A stretch of 64,000 bases of DNA from Octopus sinensis (GCF_006345805.1 NC_043005.1:58528001-58592000), one strand, 5' to 3'. Shown: positions 1-13,170, numbered from the stretch's first letter. Notes: a model not told the origin generated them from the letters alone. A program made the numbers and translations.

Positions 1-344
1 AATGCAACGCATCCTCTTCCAAGTAAGTTTTATCTTAGTAATTCTGATGCACACTCTATACGATATTTTTACTCTTTCGTTTTTCTCTCTTATTCTTTTA
101 CCTCCTCTTCTCCCACTATTCTATCCTATTACTCTGTCAGCCGCTGTCCCTCATTCCTCCTCCCTTGCTCATGCATCTCCCATGTTATCTTCGGCCATCT
201 TTCTTTCTTCTCCTAACTTGTGTTTCTTTCTTTCTCTCTGTTGTAGCTGGAACAAGGAAGACGTGTTCTTGTCTGTCTCCTGTCCAAGCTTGACTTATGC
301 ATTCACCACCACAACCTCGTTTAGGTTTAGAAGCTCTTCCTGTT

Positions 345-626
345 TGTTTTTACTGTCCTGTTTGTGTTACCAATTTTGACCCTCTGCAAAATCCGAAATT
401 TTATTTAATTTCCTTTACGGAAGCAACTGTTTTATAGAAAGCATATATTGTTGTTAAATGCTCGAAATACAAAAGTAGAAAAACAGCCAACAACTGATGA
501 AGGGTTGTTCTTTATGTTGTTTGTCTTGTTTTCCATTTGTGTCTTTCATTGTTCAAAAAATTAGTTCATATTCCATGTTCTCATACTTTGTATTTTTTTG
601 TCTTGTGACATCCTGTTCCCACATAC
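345..626 (+). repeat. Interspersed repeat ending in (TA)n, homologous to 62085-62372 (possible Penelope pseudo-LTR-type)
   Basis: Shared TTACTGTCCTGTTT.TGTTACC...CCCTC.GCAAAA...AAATTTTATTT...ACGGAAG and CTGA(T/A)GAAGGG motifs. Confidence 0.55.
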
Positions 627-627
627 G

Positions 628-667
<40 letters not shown>

Positions 668-688
668 ATATACACGTATAGATATAAG

Positions 689-729
<41 letters not shown>

Positions 730-1378
730 GTATAGATATAAGTATGTACATATACTATGTATTTATGCATATATATATATTATTTATATTATATATATAT
801 ACACACAACAACAACATATATATATATACTTATGTGTGTGTATATATATGCATATATGTATGTATATGTATATATATGTATATATATGTATATATATATA
901 TATATGTATATATATACACACACATATATATGTATATATATGTTTGTATACATATATTATACGTATGTACAAATGTGTTTATATTCACAAACACACACAC
1001 ATGTGCACACACACACACACACACAGACCCCCATTAACAAAATGCATATCGTGTATATAGTATTCTGAGTCAGTATAATAGCGAAGTTAATTAAATCAGA
1101 ATCAGCTACAGTTTGTGTTTTTGGAATTTATAGATTTGTGTAAAATATTAAAAAAAAAAAATTGTGAAAGGAGAAATGAAATGTTATCAAAAGTTATACA
1201 AATCACAGTATGGCATGATGATTATTCTAGTTTCATTATCAGAACTGTGTACAAAAGAATGATAAATCTGAAATCTCATGCCAGCAATATGAAAATTCCA
1301 AAACTTATAGTACCGTGGTAACTAACTTTTATCACATATTGTCTACTGAAAATTATTAAAAAATAAATGTAACATAGT

Positions 1379-1690
1379 GGAGGCGCAATGGCCCAGTGGT
1401 TAGGGCAGCGGACTCGCAGTCGGCGGATCATGGTTTTGATTCTCAGACTGGGCGTTGTGCGTTTTTATTGAGCGAAAACAACTAAAGCTCCATGAGGCTC
1501 TGGCAGTGGGTGCTGGCGACCCCTGTTGTGCTCTTTTGCCCCGACTTTCTCTCACTCTCTCTTCCTGTTTTTTGAGTAATGCTGTGATGGACTGGTGTCC
1601 CATCCAGGGGGAAACATATACGATACAGAAACTGGGAAACCAGGCCCATGAGCCTGGCTAGGCTTGAAAAGGGCGCATAAATAAATAAAA
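1379..1690 (+). mobile_element. tRNA-derived SINE (head GGAGGCGCAATGGCCCAGTGGTTAGG; V-domain-like GATGGACTGGTGTCCCATCCAGG)
   Basis: A-box and B-box-like motifs with an A-rich end. An inverted fragment of the same family is at 40725-40812. Confidence 0.75.
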
Positions 1691-1705
1691 ATTGTAGCAT
1701 GTGTC

Positions 1706-1736
<31 letters not shown>

Positions 1737-2209
1737 TGTATGTATGTATGTACGTACGTACGTACGTACGTACGCATGCACGCACGCATGCATGTATTGA
1801 GTCAGGAGGTGTGACAGATGAATATATGCTTATGGTACAATGTGACATCCACAAGATTATGGCTGTTTTGCAACCTTGTTCATGGAAAAAGAATTCCAGT
1901 GCGCAAGAAATTATGTATACATATTTGCATTATGTATGCTCGGCATAATACTACTCACTCATATATGTATGCATGCCCGTATGGATGCATGCATGTATGT
2001 ATGTATGCCCGCATGTATGTATGTACTTTGTATGTATATTCTTTGGTTTATGTAATAAGTTCTATTTCTCCTGATTGTAAAACCAAACCTAAAAGCATAG
2101 TGTGTATGTGTGTGTATGATTTTATATGTATAATGATGAAGATGATGATGATGATAGCTTGATATATATTCACAGACATACATGTGTGTGCATGGTGTGT
2201 CTGTGCATG

Positions 2210-2244
<35 letters not shown>

Positions 2245-2475
2245 ATTGCAAGTACCCTCAAGAAATGCAAAATATATATACACAGAAAGAACCAGCTTGT
2301 TTGAATGCAAGATGCCAATATAGCATAATTAAAAATGGCCAGATTTGTTCTTTTTGAGACCACTTATCACCCTTTAATGCCTTCTTTCAGGAGTGAATTG
2401 CTCTTCAACCAATTACTATTGATATTTAGCTTTCTTGGAGTGAGAAATATCAAGAGAAGGAGACAGACAGGCATT

Positions 2476-2522
<47 letters not shown>

Positions 2523-2545
2523 TATATATAATATATATATATAGG

Positions 2546-2593
<48 letters not shown>

Positions 2594-3231
2594 CAGACAG
2601 ATACAAAGAGAGGAAGAGAGGAGAGAGAGAGAGAGAGAGAGAGAGAAAGAAATAGGAAGATTGTGCTAAAGAGAGGTCAATTTTATGACCTTTCTCAAGA
2701 AATTTTAAGAAGTGGTTTAGTCATCATTTGTTCTGATTAAATCTAATGCTTTTAAAATTCATTAGTTTCTAATCTTACTAATTGATGCTTCAGAAAATTT
2801 CAAAAAGAAATCAAGCAAGATTGTTAGTCAAACGAGGTAAAATGAAAGAATAATAAAAATGTATACCACCAATACGGTGTGAGGGTCAAGGTGCTAGATT
2901 ATTGATTGATGAGATGATCTTTGGGTTCAAACCTTACTTCCAGAAAAGATATATATTATATACTTGAAAGAAAAAACAAATATATTTTCATAATGTGTAT
3001 GTGTGATCAATAACACTGTTGATTATAGTCATTCAATGAGTCAATCACATGTTCACTGGGATTTTTGGTGGTGGAGGGCGTGACTAGAGAGTGTCTTCAC
3101 AATTCGGTTGGAATAAATAACATGAAGTATTTATATTTGATAAACTGATTTCTCACTGATATGTGTATCTCTTTGTGGTTACTCTTATATATCTGTTTCT
3201 CTCCCTTACCCCCCCCTCTCTCTCTCTCTGT

Positions 3232-3460
3232 GGAGTTGTGTGGCCAAGTGGCTAGGGTGTTGCGTTGCACTCACAATTGCAAGATTGTAGTTTCAATCCC
3301 TTGTATGGCAGTGTGTTGTGTTCTTGAGCCAATCACTTCATTTCACTTTGCTCCATTCGAATCAGTTCCAAATGGTCAACTCTGTGTGCTGGACTGGCAT
3401 CCTGTTCAGAAGGAATGTTGGTCTGCCTAGCTGACCAGTGGGATGGAAAGCATGGACTTG
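3232..3460 (+). mobile_element. Old tRNA-derived SINE (Meta/V-like body)
   Basis: TGGCCAAGTGGCTAGGG...GTTTCAATCCC...GTTGTGTTCTTGAG. Confidence 0.55.
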
Positions 3461-3611
3461 AAGCAGCCATTATGGCATGTGTCATTCACAAATTTTTTTA
3501 AATGAAAGAACATAAGGATAAGTGAAAATGTGTGTGTGTGTGTGTGTGCATGAGTATACCATCGTTATTGTCGTTGTCATCATTGCAGTCACCATCATCA
3601 TCACCATCGTT

Positions 3612-3655
<44 letters not shown>

Positions 3656-3820
3656 TATCACCATCATCATCACCACCAGTTTCAATCTGCTAAATTCCAT
3701 TCACAAAACATTGATCAATCCTATGCTATGGTAGAAGATGCTTGCTTCAAATGCTATGTACTAAGATTAAATTGGGCATCCTTAAAGCAATACACATAAT
3801 CTTTTGTACTATAGGTATAT

Positions 3821-4130
3821 CATCATGATTATCATTTAATGTCCACATTCCATGCTAGCATGGGTTGGACGATTTCTACAGCTGGATGCTCTTCCTAACG
3901 CCAACCACTCCGAGAGTGTAGTGGGTGCTTTTATGTACCACCGGCACGAGGTCCAGTCAAGCAGTATTGGCAACGGCCATGCTCAAATGGTGCTTTTTAT
4001 GTGCCACCTGCACAGGAGCCAGTCCAGCGGCACTGGCAACAACCTCGCTCGAATGTTTTTTTCATGTGCCAGTAAGGAGACACAGGTAATGGCCATGCTT
4101 GAATGGTGCTTTTTACGTGGTCGATTACAT
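3821..4130 (-). mobile_element. RTE-type 3' end (3'UTR with about 60-bp subrepeats, (GAT)n tail)
   Basis: CATGCTAGCATGGGTTGGACG...GGATGCTCTTCCTAACGCCAACCACTCC, homologous to the 3'UTR at 32.3-32.5 kb. Confidence 0.75.
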
Positions 4131-5511
4131 CAACCTCAGTCAGGGCTGGATTAAGACCTGCAGAGGCCCAAAGCATTTAAAAGATTTTGGTGCTTCTATA
4201 TATATATATGTAATTCAAACTATAAACAATAATAAACCATAACATGAATTTTTATTTTTCAAAATGATACTAAACTAACAGAAAAATGGGAAAAAAATGT
4301 TTATTTTTTCATACTTCCACTTTATTTATATTTGAAAAGTTTTCTCCTACATTTTTTTAAATGCAAAAAAGGTCTTTGATCTGATCATCACTATGATATC
4401 ATGAACACTACGAAATTATATTTCTGATAATATAAACCACTTTGAATATTATTTCAGCAGATTTCATGTGATTTTTCTTTACCATTTCTGTATTACCCCT
4501 GCCACTTCCCTTGATGCCCAAAGCAGGTGCTTATTTTGCTTAATGGTTAATCCAGCACTGACCCCAGTAATCAACTGGTACTAAATTTATCAACCCTGAA
4601 ATGATGAAAGACAAAGTTTATCCTGACAGAATTTGGACACTACTTCAGATACTTCTTTCACTTTAACCCTTTAGCTAGCAACCTATTTGTATCATAGAAC
4701 TCTACTTCTATGATACAAAACCATTTTCACCTCTTACCCAGCTCATGTGGCAGCTACATCATTTTGGATTAAGACACTCTTCCATTGTAATTTTCAGAAA
4801 GATCTTTGTTGGATGGTATGCCAAATATTAAGTTTGTAACAAACTTAGTTATTTTATGAAACTATCCCAAATTATTAAGTAATTAAGATATCAATAGAAA
4901 CACGTTGATGGACATGATGTTTCATTTGAAATATCAATGCAAGAACATTACTGTTTAAACATTTAGAGGTAGAACATAGCTAGCCATCAGAAAAAAAGGA
5001 AAACCTAACTACCCCCTCTACCAAAAAACAACAAAAACAATCAAACAAAAGTTTTTAAAAACCCCTCTTACATCTGTCTAAAAGAAAAGAATAAAGAATA
5101 CTTTGTCCCATCTTTGTATGTTAGAAAAATGTTTGTAAAACAATTTAATGGTAAATATGGATTGCTGCTTGTAAAAATCAATTACTCCAAGAACAGTGCC
5201 GAAAATGAAATTAAAAAAAAACAAACACAAATGAATAAACATGTAAAGGAAACTGAGTGAAGAAATAGCTTGGAGATAAATAATACAAAACAAAAAAAAA
5301 ATGAAGGCAAAGCTAAATAGAATAAAATACTTATTTGACAAGTAGATAATTTTATGTTCTTACATTACTCTTTGCATTAACCTGTTACAGACAAAGCCAG
5401 CTGATGCTTTAACTCACAAGGAAAGAGAACTATTTTATGAGATATGGGAAAGAATAAACATATTGCTACTTAAATTCTGTAAGAAAAGGAATATATATAT
5501 ATATATATATG

Positions 5512-5557
<46 letters not shown>

Positions 5558-5730
5558 CATTCACACACACACATATATATATATGGGTAGAGAGATAACG
5601 ATGCAGATAAACAAATAAAACCACATGGGCTAGATGTACAAAATATACATACAATGTACATACATATGTTCATGTAAATAGAGAGAAAACAAAACTGAAA
5701 ATATTCAGACTATGACGATTCATGTATAAA

Positions 5731-6121
5731 TCTATATATATAAAGATGAAGTTGTCTGTGTGTGGCAGGTTTGGTAGCCTTCAACTAACACTACCTCCTC
5801 TGAGACTCTGTGGCACAAGTTGGCCAAAATTAAAAGTATGATAGATGAAGGCTTGCTCTTTATTCCGTAGAAGATAAAATTCAAATCAGACCATGTTACG
5901 ACCAAAAATTATTTACATAAAAAAGGTGCTTTTTTTCTAAGAAAATCCCTATCTTTTACGATGTTTTTTACTGCTGTGTCGCCATTTTTCGGTGTATTTC
6001 AACCAGAAAAATGTTCACTTAAAGAGAATAACAAGCTACATAAAGCAAAATTTTTACTTTTCAAAAATTCCAATTCTAAAGGGTCGAAACAAACCCAAGC
6101 AACGCCGGGCGACACTGTTAG
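5731..6121 (+). mobile_element. Non-autonomous Helitron, family 1, copy A
   Basis: 5' TCTATATATATAAAG after an A; 3' GCAACGCCGGGCGACACTGTTAG before a T. Highly similar along its length to 34998-35388. Confidence 0.8.
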
Positions 6122-6559
6122 TATATAGATATTTGTATATTTGCAGAGCAAACTTACACAAATTATATTATAAAGACACTGAAAATCAAAGGGAGAAGGT
6201 ATGGTGTTACAAGGCCATCAGCTGTTTCTGGGTGCTTGGAATTTACTTCATAATGTTGCCAAATGTCGTTCACAAAAAGCCAAGGATATGCAATCAATAG
6301 CGGAAGCATATAAACACTAGGTAGACCCTGCCTCCTTCTTCAGGGTGGAGAGATAAGTATCTAATCATTGTCTGCAAGGGGAAGAGATAAGTATCTAATG
6401 TAGCGGTTTGGCAAAAATAGAGTGATAAAATAAATTGCAGGCTTAAAAAGAAAGTACTGGGGTCAATTCTTGTGACTAAAAATTTTTCAAGGTGGTGCCT
6501 CAGTCTGGCCACAATCTAATGATTGAAATCCGCTAGTAGCAGTGGATAAGGTGCACCAT

Positions 6560-6904
6560 AGGTGCTATGTAATTGATGTTGCCTGCCCCTTTGACTCTCA
6601 AATACTCAAGAAGGAGGACAAAACAGTCCCAACTGTGGAAAATGAAAAAATTGAAGATAGTGCCAATTGTTTTTGGGTCCTTGGGGCACAGTATCAGAAG
6701 GCATAAAGAGGAATATAAAAGAAATCAGAAGTGAGTACCCACCAGAATTGTTACAAAATGTTTGCCCCCTTGGAATGGCCAGAATAACCAGGAAGTATGA
6801 GATAGTTGAAAAGAATACAGCATGGTACCTTAGACTGCAGGAACCAAACATGCTCTGAATGCAAAATTCCAGGAGTTCCAACAAAATCTGAGTTACAAAG
6901 ACAA
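6560..6904 (+). mobile_element. 3' end of an R4/Dong-like (restriction-like endonuclease) non-LTR retrotransposon, decayed, ending at (TAA)n
   Basis: Frames give CYVIDVACPFD, QLWKMKKLKIVPIVFGSLG and ELLQNVCPLGMARITRK. These resemble RLE C-terminal motifs (IDVAxPxD; KVxPIVxGxLG; LQKxxLLGTARIxRK). Directly followed by (TAA)n at 6905-6965. Confidence 0.8.
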
Positions 6905-6958
<54 letters not shown>

Positions 6959-6969
6959 TAATAATATGT

Positions 6970-7480
6970 TAACTGATTGGAACTGTTATCATGTACATTG
7001 TTTGTCTTGGTATAAAAGATGAGCCACAGATAATATTCTGCTCAATATCACAGATTTGCTTGTCAGTTGTTTGACCTTAACTTGTTGAGCATGGCCCTTG
7101 GTGGCTGACATTATCTGCATCTCTGATCATGAGCAGAAGTAGTGGGGGAGCATCATAGCCATGTGTTGAGAGGGATTCTTTGGGGTTTGAATAATTCACC
7201 TCTGGAAACATAGGTGTTTTGTTCATCATCCTTAAACAACCCTTATTCAGGGACCTTTTGAGTGGGATGGGTTACTCGACCAGAAGAAAATTCTAACTGG
7301 ACCCCACCTGCAAGGTCATGTGCTGTTTATCTTGATATGAGATCACCATGTCGCACACACATGGTTGTGATGCAAGTGCCTAGTGTATCCGTATCAGACT
7401 GGTAGTCATGATGGATATATGGGGCTTCGTATATTTTACCCCAGTGTCACTTTGATGGCATGCACTGCTCCCTCACTTAA
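6970..7480 (+). repeat. About 500-bp probable interspersed repeat bounded by (TAA)n on both sides (LINE 3'UTR-like or non-autonomous element)
   Basis: Non-coding segment between TAA arrays, ending ...CTCCCTCACTTAATAATAAT. Family assignment is inference only. Confidence 0.45.
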
Positions 7481-7505
7481 TAATAATCATAATAATAATA
7501 ATAAT

Positions 7506-8152
7506 GCTTTCTACTGAAGGTACAAAGCCTGAAATTTTGAGGAAGGGGACTAGTCAATTTCATTGACCCCAGTGTTTTACTGGTACTTAATTTATTGACC
7601 CTGAAAAGATGAAAGGCAAAGTCGACCTTGGTGGAATTTGAACTCAAAACATAGCAGCAGACAAAATAATAATCATAACAATAGTTTCAAATTTTGGTGC
7701 ATGGCCAAAAATTTTGGGGAATTGGATAAGCCAAATGCATCGACCCCCCCCCCCCAGTGATCAATTGGTACTCATTTTATTGATTTTAAAAGGACAAAAG
7801 GCAAAGTTGAATTTGGTAGAATTTGAAATCACAACGTAAAAACAGACGAAATACTGATAAGCATTTTGCTTGGCATGTTAACGATTCTACCAGCTCACAT
7901 CCCTTATAATAATAATAGCAATAACAATAATAATCCTTTCTACTAAAGGCACGAGGCCTAAAATTTTGGAGGAGGGGAACTAATTGATTACATCGACCCT
8001 AGTATTTCACTGGTAATTAATTTATCAACCTCTAAAAGGGATGAAAGACAAAGTTGACCTCGGTGGAATTTGAACTCGGAACGTGGCGATGTGTGAAATA
8101 CCGCTTAGCATTTTACTTGGCATGCTAAGGTTTCTGCCAGCTCACCACCTTA
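7506..8152 (-). mobile_element. Three tandem CORE-type SINEs (tail type B), separated by (AAT)n
   Basis: Units at about 7506-7670, 7680-7900 and 7933-8152, each with GATGAAAG.CAAAGT.GA and GAATTTGAA. Tail-B copy also at 40105-40320(-); fragments at 4480-4640, 20640-20740, 34110-34330, 38660-38780. Confidence 0.8.
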
Positions 8153-8157
8153 ACAAA

Positions 8158-8196
<39 letters not shown>

Positions 8197-8219
8197 TAAT
8201 GATAATAATAATAATAATG

Positions 8220-8274
<55 letters not shown>

Positions 8275-8546
8275 TAATAATAAAATAATAATAATAATAA
8301 TAATAATATAATAATAATAATAATAATAATAAATAATAATGAATAATGATAATAATAATAATAATAATAATAATATAATAATAATAATAATGATAATAAT
8401 AATAATAAATAATAAAATAATAATAATAATGATAATAATAATCATGATAATAATATGATAATATGATAATAATAATAATAATTAAATAATAATAATAATA
8501 ATAAAATAATAATAATAATGATAATATAATAATGATAATAATAATG

Positions 8547-8580
<34 letters not shown>

Positions 8581-8647
8581 ATAATAAGATAATAATAATA
8601 ATAATAATAATAATGATAATATGATAATAATAATAATGATAATAATG

Positions 8648-8687
<40 letters not shown>

Positions 8688-8737
8688 TAATAATGATAAT
8701 AATAATAATGATAATAATAATAATAATAATAATAATG

Positions 8738-8770
<33 letters not shown>

Positions 8771-8774
8771 TATG

Positions 8775-8810
<36 letters not shown>

Positions 8811-8836
8811 TAATAATGATAAAATAATAATAAATG

Positions 8837-8873
<37 letters not shown>

Positions 8874-8992
8874 TAATAATAATAAATTAAATATAATGAT
8901 AATGATAATATAATAATAATAATGATAATAATAATAATAATAATAATATAATGATAATGATAATAAAATAATAATAATAATAAGAATAATGA

Positions 8993-9068
<76 letters not shown>

Positions 9069-9075
9069 TAATAAA

Positions 9076-9148
<73 letters not shown>

Positions 9149-9234
9149 TGATAATAATAATAATAAAATAATAATAATAATAATAATAATAATGATAATA
9201 ATAATAAAATAATAATAATAATAATAATAATATG

Positions 9235-9274
<40 letters not shown>

Positions 9275-9320
9275 TAATAATAATAATAATAATAATAATA
9301 ATATAATAATAATGATAATA

Positions 9321-9370
<50 letters not shown>

Positions 9371-9540
9371 TATAATAATAATAATGATAATATAATAATA
9401 ATAATAATATAATAATAATAATGATAATAATAATATAATAATAATGATATAATAATGAATAATGATAATAATAATGATAATGATATATAATAATAATAAT
9501 AATAATAATAATGATAATAATAATGATAATAATAATGATA

Positions 9541-9583
<43 letters not shown>

Positions 9584-9710
9584 TAATAATAATGATAATA
9601 ATAATAATGATAATAATAATGATAATAATGATAATAATAATGATAATAATAATAATATAATAATAATAATAATAATAATAAATAATAATAATAATAAAAA
9701 CAACAACAAC
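8153..9710. repeat. Degenerate (AAT)n array of about 1.55 kb with ATG interruptions
   Basis: Direct reading; this is the source of the long poly-I/N/Y ORFs. Confidence 0.98.
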
Positions 9711-10536
9711 ATTGTTTTTGCACTTGACTTTTCAGAAGAATCTTGTGCTTAACCAATTTCTTTTTCTTATTAAATTGACAAAATAGAAAATAATTGAAAA
9801 TCTACAAAATGATGGTGGTGGTAGTGGTGCTGGCGGCGGCGGCAGTGGTGGTGGTGGTGGTGGTGGTAATGATGGTGATGATGATGGTGATGATGATGAT
9901 GATGATGGTGACGAGATGACGATAATGATGATTATCATCATCATGGCAGTGGTGGCTGCAATAGTGGTGGGGTGATTGTGATGGTGGCAGCAGCAGCAGC
10001 AGCGGTGGTGGTGGTGGCGTTGATGATGATGATGATGTTGATAATAACGAGAAATTGATATATGTCTCAGTGGGAAGCGAAAATCGTTTGTTTATCATTT
10101 TTTATTTGTTTGTTTGTTTGTCTGTTTTTCTTTTTGTTTTGTTTTGTTTTGTCTTGTTTGTTACTTTACTTATTATTGGTATCCGTTTCACAGATAACAA
10201 TTGTCAGTGGTTGGCACCGGAATGATATTATCTCCGAAAGTAATCAATGATGGCATGCACATGTGTACATATTTACATGTATAAAGGTAGATATCTACCT
10301 ACCAGCCAGGCTGTCATATAAGCCGACTCACTGTGTGGATCATATGGGGTTTAGTAAATTAAATTATCTTCTTAGCAAGTTCCTGATTACACATTTTTAC
10401 TTTTTCCTTTTTTTTTTTTAGTTGGTGGGGGTGGAGCATTGGGGTGGATGGGTGGTGACAGTAAAAACAGACAAAATAAATAGCATAAATGCAAAAATAA
10501 AAGATGTGCATATGAATGTGCATATTTGTGTATGCG

Positions 10537-10597
<61 letters not shown>

Positions 10598-10657
10598 CTA
10601 TCTAACCTATCTAGATGTATATGTGTGTGTATGTTCCTATGTTTCTGTAAGAATACG

Positions 10658-10930
10658 TCATCATCATCATCATTTAACGTCCGTTTTCCATGCTAGCATG
10701 GGTTGGACGGTTCCACTGGGGTCTGGGAAGCCAGGTGGCTGCTCCAGGCTCCAGTCTGATCTGGCAGTATTTCTACAGCTTGATGCCCTTCCTAACGCCA
10801 ACCACTCCGTGAGTGTAGTGGGTGCTTTTTACATGCCATGGGTTGGCGGCGCTGGCAATTGGCCACGTTTGGATGGTGATTTTTACGTGCTACCAGCACG
10901 GGTATCACAGCTACAATTTCCAGGGTGGTA
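10658..10930 (-). mobile_element. RTE-type 3' end
   Basis: Same 3'UTR with a (CAT)n tail on the plus strand. It is the inverted partner of 11000-11290. Confidence 0.8.
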
Positions 10931-10999
10931 TATCTGTGAATATATGTATATATATCATCTATGTATATATTTGCGTGTGTGTGTGTGTATGTATATATA

Positions 11000-11290
11000 T
11001 ATGGCTGTTGCCAGCCTCGCCTGGCCTCCGTGCCGGTGGCACGTAAAAAGCACCATCCGAGCGTGGCCGTTCGCCAGCCTCGTCTGGCACCTGTGCTGGT
11101 GACACGTAAAAAGCACCCACTACACTCACAGAGTGGTTGGCATTAGGAAGGGCATCCAGCTGTAGAAACATTGCCAGATCAGACTGGGATTGATGCATCC
11201 TTCTGGCTTCCCAGACCCCAGTTGAACCGTCCAACCCATGCTAGCATGGAAAGCGGACGTTAAACGATGATGATGATGATGATGATGATA
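11000..11290 (+). mobile_element. RTE-type 3' end
   Basis: CACGTAAAAAGCACC units, AGGAAGGGCATCCAGCTGTAGAAA, ...GGACGTTAAACGATGATGAT. Confidence 0.8.
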
Positions 11291-11444
11291 TATATATATA
11301 TATATACATATAAATGTAGAACAATGAAATGAGTGCTCAACACTGCATTGGTGGATATATAATTTCTTTATTTCTGAATTAAGGGTACTGTTGGTTTCAT
11401 GTCAAGAAGGAGCCTACGACACTACCCCCCCCCCCCCCCCGCCC

Positions 11445-11615
11445 AGTGGACAATAACTCCATCCCAAGAACAATTACCCATAATTACTCATGAGGATAAC
11501 AGATGCTGATTTAAAATTTCTTAATATATTAGACAGGGAGTAATTGTCCTTGGGGGAAGTTGTTGTTGGAAGGAATTGTCCTATGGGGTTTAGTTGTCCT
11601 TGAGGGATGGAGTAA
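11445..11615. mobile_element. MITE-like inverted repeat built from GGACAATTACTCC-type subrepeats
   Basis: ACAATAACTCCATCCCAAG versus CTTGAGGGATGGAGTAATTGT; the GAGTAATTGT motif is repeated. Confidence 0.5.
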
Positions 11616-13137
11616 TTGTGCTGATACAGTTAAGGAGAGTAGGAAAATATCCTTAATTCACAAATATAGAAATTATATATATAATTATATATATATATAT
11701 ATGCATATGTTTGTGTGTCTGTGTTTGTCCTACCACCACCAACCACCGTCATTTGACAAGCAATATTGGTGTTTTTACATCCCCCGTAACTTAGCGGTTC
11801 AGCAAAAGTGACTGAATGCATAAGTACTAGGCTTACACAGAATATGTCCTGGGGTTGATTTGTTTTGAGTAAAGGCAATGCTCCAGCATGGTCATAATCA
11901 AATGACTGAAATAAATAACTGAAAAAAGAATGCATATATGTACATATATTATATATATATATATTATATATATATACATATATATGTTTATATATATATA
12001 AATATATTAATATATTATATATATATATATAATACATATATATATATATAATATATATATATATATACATATGATATATATATATATATATATACATATG
12101 TGTGTGTATATTAGACATATATGTGGTGGTGTGTGGGGTGTGTGTATATATCCCTCTCTCTCTTTCAGAGAGGCACTGAGCACCTACATGCACATATACA
12201 CACATGGCAGTAACTTCTGCCTACCGAATTCAATCACAAAGCTTTGGTCACATTAGAATATTAAGTGTATGATTAGTTTATGTATGCATATGTATATATA
12301 AGTGTTATAATATCCTAACTTATATATATATATAATATATATATATATATTTGAACACTATTCTCTCACTGTGAATGTTTCTAGTTCGAATCACACATGT
12401 CTCAAGATGTGCTGAAGATTTTCTATTTAGGATATATTTGGGGTACTTAGGTCTGCTCAGGACTTAGTGCTTGCTTTTTCCATGGGTATGAGTAAGTATT
12501 TCACTTATATCTCACGTATTTATCGCTGAAGAGGGGAAAATTTTTATGAATTAACCCCGAAATTGGGACCAATACGGTAATAACAGATTTTTTAGAAATT
12601 TCTATTGGTTTGTTTCGAGACGCATAAATTATAATGGTTATTGACAATTTTGTCTTTTTTTCGGCATATTTGGCATTAGAATGTTTCTGTTGCCCTTATT
12701 TTGTAAATTATATATATATATATATATATGTATGTACGTATGTATGTATATATGTATGTATATCCATATATATGTATAGATGTGCATATTTTTCACACAC
12801 ACACATACAGACACACGTACACACATTTACATAATATATATGTTTATATATGTGTGTGTGTGTGTGTGTGCTTGTATGTATACATAATATATATATTATA
12901 TATGTTTATGTATATACATTTGCGTGCATGTATGCATCTATATGTATGTCTATATGTGTTACACACCCAGGTATTTTGTTAAAAAGTTTGCTTTGCAAGC
13001 ACGTAGGTCTGGTTTCACTCCCAGTGAGAAGTGCTTTAAGCAAGTGTCTTCTATAATAGCCTCGGGCCAGCCAAGGAATGACTTGGAGGTGAATTAGGGC
13101 ATGTGCATGCATTGTATGCTTTTATACATCTGCTTTG

Positions 13138-13170
<33 letters not shown>

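Noticed and set aside
497-1068. Long ORFs rich in I/Y/H/T/C/V here and throughout the ORF track
   Set aside because: They are translations of (TA)n, (CA)n, (TATG)n, (AAT)n, (GAT)n, (GTG)n and (GAA)n repeats, with no coding signal.
1379-1460. tRNA-like heads of SINEs considered as tRNA genes
   Set aside because: They have A/B boxes but no complete cloverleaf or acceptor stem, and they run on into SINE bodies.
8750-9756. 320-aa and 289-aa ORFs
   Set aside because: They are the antisense reading of the (AAT)n array.
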